Shown here piece by piece: positions 24,671-32,000 of a stretch of 32,000 nucleotides of DNA (the first letter of the stretch is position 1; each line of letters starts with the position of its first letter). The stretch is from Trichlorobacter lovleyi SZ (lineage in GTDB: Bacteria; Desulfobacterota; Desulfuromonadia; Geobacterales; Pseudopelobacteraceae): NCBI RefSeq assembly GCF_000020385.1, contig NC_010814.1:480001-512000 (forward strand), written 5' to 3'. The notes below the pieces were generated by a model. That model had not been told where the DNA came from, made no database searches, and saw nothing but the letters and a program-made list of their open reading frames with translations. The position numbers and the translations under genes are program-made.

Positions 24671-25012
24671 TTAAATTGCGGCGATGCCTCTTTCGTTGGT
24701 TCGAATCTTCACAACGTCATCAATGGTCGATACGAATATCTTGCCGTCACCGGTATTGCCGGTGTGAGCATATTTCTGAATGATGGTGACGACACGCTCG
24801 ACCATTGCGTCGTCCACCACAACTTCCAGTTGTATGCGCGGCATGAACTCCACCATTTCATAACTGACTTTGTCCTTGGCATTCTTTGCTCTGCCCTTGC
24901 CAAAGCCCTTGATTTCGAAGACTGTTACGCCGGGAAGTCCCTCGATTTGGTGGAGTTCCGTTGTGACGTCCAATAGTTTTGCCGGTCGAATAATAGCTTT
25001 TATCTCTTTCAT
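24671..25012 (-). CDS. P-II (GlnB/GlnK) superfamily protein with a divergent T-loop
   Basis: 113 aa from the ATG at 25012 (AAGGAAA RBS). MKEIKAIIRP...GVTVFEIKGFG...TGNTGDGKIFV aligns along its full length with GlnB. The 21-codon extension in the ORF track overlaps czcA and is unlikely. Confidence 0.9.
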   Translation of the reverse strand: MKEIKAIIRPAKLLDVTTELHQIEGLPGVTVFEIKGFGKGRAKNAKDKVSYEMVEFMPRIQLEVVVDDAMVERVVTIIQKYAHTGNTGDGKIFVSTIDDVVKIRTNERGIAAI

Positions 25013-25043
25013 GATATTTCCTTTGCTTCGCAGGGTTGTGAAC

Positions 25044-28000
25044 CTACATCTCCTCGTCAGCTTTACGCTTCTCAAACCAGCTGTATACTGACGGAATGAT
25101 CAGAAGTGTTAAGACCGTTGAGGTCACAAGCCCGCCGACGACAACGGTTGCCAAAGGTTTTTGGATCTCCGAACCGGTGCCGCTTGCCAGCAGCATCGGG
25201 ATCAGGCTGAAGATCGCAATGGAGGCGGTCATCAGGACCGGCCGCAGACGGTCAGTGGCCCCTTGTCTGATCGCTTCCTCCAGCCCGAGCCCCTCATCAC
25301 GCAGCTGAGCGATGCGCGATACCAGCACCAGGCCGTTCAAGACCGCCACCCCGAACAGGACCACAAAACCGACTGAGGCTGGCACTGAGAGATATTGCCC
25401 GGAGATGAAAAGCGAAAACACCCCGCCAATCAGGGCAAATGGCAGGTTGGAGATGACCAGTAGTGCCAGCCGAAGCGATCTGAAGGTTACATACAGCAGC
25501 AAGAGGATCATGCCGACCGCCACCGGTCCAATGATCATAAGCCGTTGCATGGCTCGCTGTTGATTTTCAAACTGGCCGCCCCAGGTCAGGTAGTAGCCGG
25601 GTGGCAGCTTGACCTTCTGCCTGATCTGCTGCTTGGCCTCGGCTACAAAACTGCCGATATCCCGGCCGGTGACGTTCATCTCAATACCGATCCTGCGGAC
25701 GCCGTCCTGACGGCTGATCTGGACCGGTCCTTCACGCATCGCCACATCGGCCAACTGTTCCAGCGGCACGTTCACCCCGCTTTTGGTGGTGATCAGCAGG
25801 TTCTTGACGGCATCAAGGGAATTCCTTTTTTCTTCCGGCAAACGTACGGTGATCGGGAAACTGCGGTTCTCTTCGTACAGCTGTGACGCCGCCTTGCCGG
25901 CCACCGCGATTTCGATGACCTTCTGCACATCGTTGATATTCAGGCCGTAGCGTGCGATCTTCGCGCGGTCGATCGTAACGGTCAGATAGGGTTGGCCGGA
26001 TACTTTCTCGGCGTTCAGGTCAGTCCCGCCCTTCACGCTTGCAAGCACCCTGGCGATCTCCTGCGATTTTTCACTGAGCACAGCGATATCTTCACCGAAC
26101 AGCTTGACGATCAACTGTGCCCTGGTACCGGCCACCAGCTCGTCGATCCGGCACTGGATCGGCTGACTGAACCCCACTGTAATACCGGCGATCGATTCCA
26201 GCGCCTGACGCATCCGGTTGGTGAGTTCATCCTTGTTCAGATCACGCTTCCACTGATCCTTTGGTTTAAAGATTCCGACATAGCCGGTCTTGTCGGCACC
26301 GCGTGTGTCAAGGGCCACACCGGTCTGGCCGGTACGGGATATGACGGTATCCAGTTCAGGGAACTGTTTGAGTTTCTCTGCGACACGCTGGTTAACCTCC
26401 ATGGCCTTGGTCAGCGAGACACCCGGCAGCATGGCTACATCCATGTCAAACGAGCCTTCATCCATAATCGGAATGAACTCGGTTCCCAGCCGCGTCACCA
26501 ACACCAGCGAAATAACCAGCAGTGCCCCAGCCACCCCCAGTACCACCCGTTTCTGGTTCATGGCATAGTTGAGCAGCGGCAGGTAGAGCCGGTTGGCATG
26601 CCTCATGATGAAGCTTTCCTGTTCCGGCTGCGGCTTCAGAATCAGATTGCAGAGTACGGGGATGATGAAGATGGAAAGCAGCAGCGAGGCCAGGAGCGCT
26701 ACGGTCACGGTGATGGCCAACGGACCGAACATCTTCCCCTCAATCCCTTCCAGCGCCAGGATCGGGATAAAGGTGATGGCAATGATCAGCTCACCAAAGA
26801 TACTCGGTTTGCGCACTTCCATGACCGCTTTCAACACGGTTGTCAGCTTGGGGTGATGTTCTCCGGCTTCACTTAGATGCCGTTGCACGTTCTCCACCTG
26901 GATAATGGTGGTGTCAATGATCATGCCGATGGAGATGGCAAGGCCACCGAGTGACATCAGGTTGGCAGTAATACCGGTCAGCCTCATGATGATGAAGGTG
27001 GCCAACAGCGACAGCGGCAGGGCGATGAGCACGACAATGCTCCCGCGGATGCTGTTTAGGAGCAGATAGAGCACAATCAGAACCAGGATGGACCCTTCGA
27101 TCAGCGCTTTGTTGACCGTACCGACACTGGCCTTGACGATATCGCTGCGGTCATAGTACGGCACGATCTTGATACCCTCGGGCAGGATGTTGTTTTTGTT
27201 GATCTCCTTAACCTTGTCTGCGACCCGGCGGACCACCTCGCGGCTGTTCTCGCCCCGCAGCATCATGACAATGCCGCCGACGCATTCATCCTTGCCGTTT
27301 TTCATGGCAGCCCCCATCCGGACCGCCTCACCGACTTTTACCTCGGCCACGTCGCGAATGTATGTCGGGGTACCGCCAACCGATTTCAGCACGATATTGC
27401 CAATGTCGCTTACATCCTTAATCAATCCGACTCCACGGACAATGTACTGGTCGCTGCCACGCTCCAGCAGATTGCCGCCTACATTTTCGTTGTTGTTGCC
27501 GATGGCGGTGTAGACGTCGTCAACGGTCAAGCCGTATTTCACCAGTTTTTCCGGCGACACCAGCACCTGATACTGCTTGAAGTAACCACCAAAAGAGTTG
27601 ATCTCGTTAACCCCTGCCACGCTTTTTAACTGCGGGGTAACAATCCACTCCTGGATGGTGCGCAGATTGGTCAGGTAGGCGATCTTCTGCTGCGGGTCCG
27701 TGGGGATGGTGCCTTCCAGGGTGTACTGGTAGATCTCCCCCATGGCGGTGCCGATGGGACCCATGGCGACCTCGACCCCTTTCGGCAGCTTTTCTCGTGC
27801 CTCGGCCAGCCGTTCAAACACCAGCTGACGGGCAAAGTAGATGTCCACATTGTCCTTGAAAACGATGGTGACGATGGAGAGACCGAACTTGGTAACCGAG
27901 CGCATCTGCTCGATACCCGGCAAACCGCGCATGGCCATCTCAATCGGATACGTCACATTTCTTTCAATCTCGGCGGCTGAAAGGCCGTCGGCCTGGCTGA

Positions 28001-28148
28001 CCACCTCTACTTGGATGTTGGTCACATCCGGAAAGGCGTCGATCGGCAGCCTGCTATAGGAGTACAAACCAAAAGTGATAATCAGCAGCGCCAGGAAGAT
28101 AACCATGCCCTTCTGACGTAAGGTATACGCAATTAATTTTTCCAGCAT
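25044..28148 (-). CDS. czcA: Heavy-metal efflux RND pump, CzcA/CusA family
   Basis: 1034 aa. N-terminus LPIDAFPDVTNIQVEVVSQADGLSAAEIERNVTYPIE and the 12-TM RND architecture typical of HME-RND. Confidence 0.95.
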   Translation of the reverse strand: MLEKLIAYTLRQKGMVIFLALLIITFGLYSYSRLPIDAFPDVTNIQVEVVSQADGLSAAEIERNVTYPIEMAMRGLPGIEQMRSVTKFGLSIVTIVFKDNVDIYFARQLVFERLAEAREKLPKGVEVAMGPIGTAMGEIYQYTLEGTIPTDPQQKIAYLTNLRTIQEWIVTPQLKSVAGVNEINSFGGYFKQYQVLVSPEKLVKYGLTVDDVYTAIGNNNENVGGNLLERGSDQYIVRGVGLIKDVSDIGNIVLKSVGGTPTYIRDVAEVKVGEAVRMGAAMKNGKDECVGGIVMMLRGENSREVVRRVADKVKEINKNNILPEGIKIVPYYDRSDIVKASVGTVNKALIEGSILVLIVLYLLLNSIRGSIVVLIALPLSLLATFIIMRLTGITANLMSLGGLAISIGMIIDTTIIQVENVQRHLSEAGEHHPKLTTVLKAVMEVRKPSIFGELIIAITFIPILALEGIEGKMFGPLAITVTVALLASLLLSIFIIPVLCNLILKPQPEQESFIMRHANRLYLPLLNYAMNQKRVVLGVAGALLVISLVLVTRLGTEFIPIMDEGSFDMDVAMLPGVSLTKAMEVNQRVAEKLKQFPELDTVISRTGQTGVALDTRGADKTGYVGIFKPKDQWKRDLNKDELTNRMRQALESIAGITVGFSQPIQCRIDELVAGTRAQLIVKLFGEDIAVLSEKSQEIARVLASVKGGTDLNAEKVSGQPYLTVTIDRAKIARYGLNINDVQKVIEIAVAGKAASQLYEENRSFPITVRLPEEKRNSLDAVKNLLITTKSGVNVPLEQLADVAMREGPVQISRQDGVRRIGIEMNVTGRDIGSFVAEAKQQIRQKVKLPPGYYLTWGGQFENQQRAMQRLMIIGPVAVGMILLLLYVTFRSLRLALLVISNLPFALIGGVFSLFISGQYLSVPASVGFVVLFGVAVLNGLVLVSRIAQLRDEGLGLEEAIRQGATDRLRPVLMTASIAIFSLIPMLLASGTGSEIQKPLATVVVGGLVTSTVLTLLIIPSVYSWFEKRKADEEM

Positions 28149-28184
28149 CGGAACCTCGCTTCCATTGTCGAGTGTCTAGCCACG

Positions 28185-29387
28185 TTAGTGCTCATCCTTC
28201 ATTTCAGCTTTTTTCAGTTCTGACTTCAGGATAAAGGCACCCTTGACCGCGTACAGCTCGCCTTCCTGCAAGCCGGACAATATCTCAATCTTGCCGTTTG
28301 CCATCCGGCCAGCCTGCACCGGCCTCGGGACAAAGGTGTCTTTACCTTCCACAACAAAGACCACTTTTTTGCCGTCCAGATCCTGCAGGGACTCTTCCGG
28401 TACCGCCAGTACCGGTGGTGCATCTGCGGCAAGTTTCAACTCAACGCTGGCGAACATCTCCGGTTTCAATTTACGCTGCAGGTTGGCCACCTCGATACGC
28501 GCCTTGACCGTGCGGGTGTTCTGATCCACCAGATCGGCAATATAGGTGATACGTCCCTGCAGCTTCAGGTCCGGGAAGGCACTCACGCTAACCGAGGCGA
28601 TCTGGCCGCGATGGATCTTTGCCAGATCCTTTTCGTTGATATCCACCATGATCCAAACCGAGGAAAGATCTGCAATGGTGAAGAGGTTTTTGGAAGGATC
28701 AGCCAATTCTCCAACAATGGCGTGCTTCTCTGTAATGATGCCGCTGATTGGTGAACGTACCGGCAACAAGGGGCTTCTATGCCGGGTATTGGTCAGGTCA
28801 GCAAGAGAGACGCCGTAGAGGGCAAGCCGTTCCTCATCGGTATGGAGTTCTGTCTGGGCGGTTTTGAATTCGGTTTCAGCCAGAAGGATGTCCTTGCGTG
28901 CCGCAATCTTCTTGTCCACCAGGAGCTTGATCCGGTCCATGCTGGATTGCGCCAGAGCCAGTTTGGTCTTTGATTGATGGTAGCGGTTCAAGGCCTCACC
29001 AAGCTCCACACTGTCCAGGGTCACCAGGACCTGGCCAGCGGAGACCTGATCCCCGAGCGAGGATCTGACGGATACGATCTTGCCGGAGATCCGGGGGGAT
29101 ACATGGGCGATCCTGTCGCTATTGACATCAACCTTGCCGGTAGCGCTGATAACACCGGCAAGACGCTGTGTTGCGGCTGTTCCGACCGCGACGCCGTTCT
29201 GTTGCTGGAGCTCAGCGGTCATTTTGACCTTGCCGTCTTCCTCGTGCTTTTCAGCCTTTGTATCTTTGCTGCCGGCTTCTTTTGGTTCAGCCTTTTCTGC
29301 ATCACCTTGGGTGGTGATGCGGTAATACAGTCCGCTGCCAATGGCTGCCAACAGCAACAAGCTGACGAGTAATGTCCTTTTCTTCAC
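28185..29387 (-). CDS. czcB: RND efflux periplasmic adaptor (membrane fusion protein, CzcB-like)
   Basis: 400 aa. Signal/anchor, lipoyl/beta-barrel motifs (VSPRISGKIVSV..., coiled-coil hairpin). GTG start with a GGAGG RBS, GTGA overlap with czcC. Confidence 0.9.
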   Translation of the reverse strand: MKKRTLLVSLLLLAAIGSGLYYRITTQGDAEKAEPKEAGSKDTKAEKHEEDGKVKMTAELQQQNGVAVGTAATQRLAGVISATGKVDVNSDRIAHVSPRISGKIVSVRSSLGDQVSAGQVLVTLDSVELGEALNRYHQSKTKLALAQSSMDRIKLLVDKKIAARKDILLAETEFKTAQTELHTDEERLALYGVSLADLTNTRHRSPLLPVRSPISGIITEKHAIVGELADPSKNLFTIADLSSVWIMVDINEKDLAKIHRGQIASVSVSAFPDLKLQGRITYIADLVDQNTRTVKARIEVANLQRKLKPEMFASVELKLAADAPPVLAVPEESLQDLDGKKVVFVVEGKDTFVPRPVQAGRMANGKIEILSGLQEGELYAVKGAFILKSELKKAEMKDEH

Positions 29388-30682
29388 TTTTCACCTCCGG
29401 TGAGTTCTGTTGCAGTGGCTGACTCAAGCCTCACCAACGCTACCTGCCGGTCGCGCAGGGCCGTCAGGTGGCCTTCACTCACTTCAAAGAATTTTTTCTG
29501 TTCCTGGATAACTGCAATGATGCCGGTTTCGCCCAGACGGTAAGCTTCCTGGGTCAGCTTCAGGTTTTCCTCAAGTTGCGGGATTATGTCGATTCTGTAG
29601 AGAGAAAGCACCGATACGGCATGCTCAAACGTTGCATATGCGGTAGCAACTTCACGTTCCACAGCCATGAAAGTACCGTTTAAGCGGCTTTCAGTGCTGT
29701 TCTTCCTGGCAGTTGCCTCTTGAACGCCTGCCCGGTTTCTGTCAAAGAGCGGAATCGGTATCGAGAGCCGTATCCCAACGGTATAGGCGGTATCCTTGCC
29801 TTCTTGGCCTGCGATTTCCATGGAGGTCGTGTCACGCCGCAGCACCAGACCTGCTGTCAGGTTGGGAATCTTTTCGGCTTGGGCAAGCGTAATATCAGCC
29901 TCTCCCCGCTTTTTTTCCGCTTTAAGCGCCCTGAGGTCAGGACGGTTGGCATTGGCACGCTGTTGCAGGTCTGCCAGAGTCCCCGCCACCAGCGTGCCGA
30001 TGTCCAGCGTGCCGGTGATTTCTGGCCGACTGCCGCTGGCAAGTCCCATCAGCGTCCAGAGTCGCGCCTGATTTTGGAGCATCGTTTTCGCACTTTCGAT
30101 CCTGGCCCCTTCACTCCGCGCCAGTTCAACCTTGACGAGATTCATCTCCAGTTCCGGGATGTCTCCGGCGGACAGGCGTTCTTTGGTTACGTCAAGGAGT
30201 TGCCGGTTGAGCGCAATGGAACGGTCAGCCAGCGCAACGCGCTCTTTTGCCAGCAGGGCATCATAGAAGGCGGTCTTCACCTCTTCTCGTAACCGACGCT
30301 CCTTATCCAGCAACTGCCAGCGGTAGAGATCCCGTTCCTGTTCGGCAACTGAAAGGCGTTTTCCGCGCTTGCCGACAAGCGGGATCTCTTGTGACAGGCC
30401 AAGTGCCAGGCTGTTTTCATTTTTGCTGCCGGTCAGTGCGCCGGTGCCGGCTTCAAGGTCAAGGGTTGGATTCGGCAGCAGACCGGCTCTGGTCACACCG
30501 GCGTCGCGGACACCCAGCTCCTCGCGCAACGCCCGCAGCTCGGCATTGTGCTGCATCGAAAGTGCAATGACATGGGACAACGAGAGTGTTGACTCTACCG
30601 CCCAGGCCGTGCTGGACAGGGCCATGACGAAAATGACTGTCAACAGGGATAATGCTCCCTGTGCGCGTAGTGTTCTGCTCAA
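29384..30682 (-). CDS. czcC: TolC-family outer-membrane efflux protein (CzcC-like)
   Basis: 432 aa. Signal peptide and two OEP repeats. TTG start preceded by AAGGAG. Confidence 0.88.
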   Translation of the reverse strand: MSRTLRAQGALSLLTVIFVMALSSTAWAVESTLSLSHVIALSMQHNAELRALREELGVRDAGVTRAGLLPNPTLDLEAGTGALTGSKNENSLALGLSQEIPLVGKRGKRLSVAEQERDLYRWQLLDKERRLREEVKTAFYDALLAKERVALADRSIALNRQLLDVTKERLSAGDIPELEMNLVKVELARSEGARIESAKTMLQNQARLWTLMGLASGSRPEITGTLDIGTLVAGTLADLQQRANANRPDLRALKAEKKRGEADITLAQAEKIPNLTAGLVLRRDTTSMEIAGQEGKDTAYTVGIRLSIPIPLFDRNRAGVQEATARKNSTESRLNGTFMAVEREVATAYATFEHAVSVLSLYRIDIIPQLEENLKLTQEAYRLGETGIIAVIQEQKKFFEVSEGHLTALRDRQVALVRLESATATELTGGEK

Positions 30683-30802
30683 GAGATGTTCTCCTTTTAT
30701 TCAGTTGTATGATCGGCTGAACAGCGGTTGTAGGCGTACTACGACGGGAAATGGACGCAGGTGTCCCTGTGGATCAGGGCGAACTGCTCCCTCCGTAGCG
30801 TG

Positions 30803-31174
30803 CTAGGCTTGGTTTTGCGGAGGAATAAACTTGGAGAGGAAAACTTCAGGAAGAAACTGATAGGGCTCGGAAAAGATCAAGTCACGTACAACAGGGCTGT
30901 AGTGTAATGCCAGCTGTTGCATGGGAAGAGGGGCGTGGCAGATGCAGTTGACACAGCTATCGCAGCCGTCAGAATCCTTGTGCTCGGACGACGGCGTGCT
31001 GCAGGGACAGTGATCGTTTGCACAGGGAGGATGGTGAATGTATGCCGAGGCGTTCGGTACGGCTGAACATCCCTGAAGGGCATGGGCACTTTCTGCCACG
31101 CCATGCAGGGTAATGGCCAGCATGACCAGAAGCATGAGCTGCGTTAAAAATTTTATGAAAGGTAGTTTGCGCAT
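30803..31174 (-). CDS. Small secreted Cys/His-rich protein (possible CzcI-like metal-binding component; tentative)
   Basis: 123 aa. Signal peptide MRKLPFIKFLTQLMLLVMLAITLHGVAESAHA. The mature part carries 8 Cys and several His within about 50 residues (HHPPCANDHCPC...DGCDSCVNCICH). Confidence 0.7.
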   Translation of the reverse strand: MRKLPFIKFLTQLMLLVMLAITLHGVAESAHALQGCSAVPNASAYIHHPPCANDHCPCSTPSSEHKDSDGCDSCVNCICHAPLPMQQLALHYSPVVRDLIFSEPYQFLPEVFLSKFIPPQNQA

Positions 31175-31183
31175 TTAGTCTTA

Positions 31184-31212
31184 AAAATATAAATTACTAC
31201 GCTATCTGTCAA
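31184..31212 (-). promoter_or_regulatory. Putative sigma70-type promoter immediately upstream of the Cys/His-rich gene
   Basis: Minus strand: TTGACA (complement of 31207-31212), 17 nt spacer, TATTTT (complement of 31184-31189). Only 9 nt separate the -10 from the ATG, and there is no SD. Confidence 0.3.
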
Positions 31213-31362
31213 GAATTATAAAATTAATGTTTAAAGCTGGATGATTACAGTAGATGGAAAGACAATTAAAAACGTTAAAATGGTCTTACCCTTTTGTTGG
31301 CAATTTTGAGGCAGCGCTTGACCGGCACTTTAATCGCCGCTTGCATCATGAGATAAACTTTC

Positions 31363-32000
31363 TCAGTTAAACCCGTTAGTTAGGTAGTATTCCTGGATTC
31401 TGGTGCTTTTCGGCAGTATTGCCTCGGGATCGGTAAACTTGATGATACTGCGTGGTGAGTCATACTGCTCGGTAAAGAGTTTTTTGAAACGTTGTGGCGC
31501 ATAGGTTGTCCGTGCGGTTCCGTATTCAAGCACTGGCCTGTCGTTGCTTAGAAGAGGGGCGTCTGTCGAGATATTTGCCAGAGTTTTCGGCCCCATCAGG
31601 AAGCTTGCAGCCAGCACTTCCGGCAGATTCAAAAAATGCTCCTCGGTGCCGGGGTAGCCGAAGAACAGTTCGGCACGTACCCTGCTGTTCTGCTTCAATA
31701 CCCTGACCCCTTCCGCCCGAATCGCTAAATCTCTGTCGGGGGAACCGATCAGCAACAGTTCGGCATGTTGATTGTACCAGAGGGTGCTGTGGGGGAACAC
31801 TGCCAGAAAGGTTCTGATCACCGACTTGAGCTGGTCTTGGTTGAAGAAGCCGACCGGCAGAAATTGGGCGATGATGCCGTCCTGAGCCAGTTTTTCCCTG
31901 GCGTTGCGATAAAATTCAAGGGTATAGAAGGCCGATGCCTGCGGCCTGAAGATCTGCCCCACCTCAACCGAGATCAGGTCATACCGCCGCTTGCCGTACC
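31363..32000 (-). CDS. Spermidine-synthase-like (class I methyltransferase fold) protein, C-terminal part; the 5' end lies beyond the window
   Basis: The frame stays open to position 32000 (...YGKRRYDLISVEVGQIFRPQASAFYTLEFYRNAREKLAQDGIIAQFL...), so the GTG at 31962 is internal. The pattern resembles spermidine-synthase-like domains. Confidence 0.6.
   Translation of the reverse strand, partial: YGKRRYDLISVEVGQIFRPQASAFYTLEFYRNAREKLAQDGIIAQFLPVGFFNQDQLKSVIRTFLAVFPHSTLWYNQHAELLLIGSPDRDLAIRAEGVRVLKQNSRVRAELFFGYPGTEEHFLNLPEVLAASFLMGPKTLANISTDAPLLSNDRPVLEYGTARTTYAPQRFKKLFTEQYDSPRSIIKFTDPEAILPKSTRIQEYYLTNGFN

Noticed and set aside
24698-24707. GGTTCGAATC, resembling a tRNA T-arm/T-loop
   Set aside because: The flanking bases do not form a T-stem or an acceptor stem, and the motif lies inside the well-supported P-II coding sequence. 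I recognised no tRNA anywhere in the window by eye.
25013-25075. 21-codon extension of the P-II ORF overlapping czcA
   Set aside because: GlnB-family proteins start at MK.I.AII. The ATG at 25012 has an RBS, and the extension would overlap the czcA 3' end by 32 nt.
31298-31312. Sigma54-like TGGCA-N-GC (GG-N10-GC) on the plus strand
   Set aside because: The spacing fits, but the -12 element is AGGC rather than TTGC. No plus-strand gene lies downstream; it would only read antisense into the spermidine-synthase-like gene.
1-32000. Search for CRISPR arrays, rRNA, tandem repeats, and toxin-antitoxin or known defence-system gene sets
   Set aside because: I saw no regularly spaced direct repeats, no rRNA-like conserved stretches and no recognisable defence or TA gene pairs. 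Absence is based on visual inspection only.

Overview
This is a GC-rich bacterial chromosomal segment (roughly 58-60% GC by eye). Its gene content (CcsA-type cytochrome c maturation, several thioredoxin/TlpA genes, GalU, FolD, HemY, UppP, Def, a CzcCBA efflux operon) resembles a Desulfuromonadales/Geobacter-type genome; that placement is inference only. I support about 38 protein-coding genes. I found one complete ISL3-family insertion sequence with inverted repeats and an 8-bp target duplication. There are also several rho-independent terminators, a few sigma70-like promoters (pattern match only) and a REP-like palindrome cluster. I found no rRNA, tRNA or CRISPR array, and I recognised no canonical phage-defence system. 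All family calls come from reading motifs in the translations; no database search was possible.

Main observations:
1. An unannotated 84-codon gene (14724-14978), translationally coupled to hemY, is interrupted by an in-frame TGA. The TGA sits exactly on the second Cys of an AhpD/CMD CxxCxxxH motif, with stem-loops just downstream. It is a likely selenoprotein that ORF callers miss.
2. The ISL3 element (11819-13220, TSD AACAATTT) sits between a cbpA-like DnaJ gene and what looks like its native promoter.
3. A tightly packed eight-gene minus-strand cluster (4055-10831) is centred on an AcuC/HDAC-type deacetylase that is coupled by 1-nt overlaps to two uncharacterised proteins. It also includes a SprA-related HExxH protein, a small membrane protein and a lone receiver domain. 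This is the best candidate here for an undescribed module.
4. A six-gene heavy-metal RND operon carries a Cys/His-rich small secreted protein, a P-II paralogue with a divergent T-loop and an unknown lipoprotein. A roughly 23% GC region lies upstream of it.
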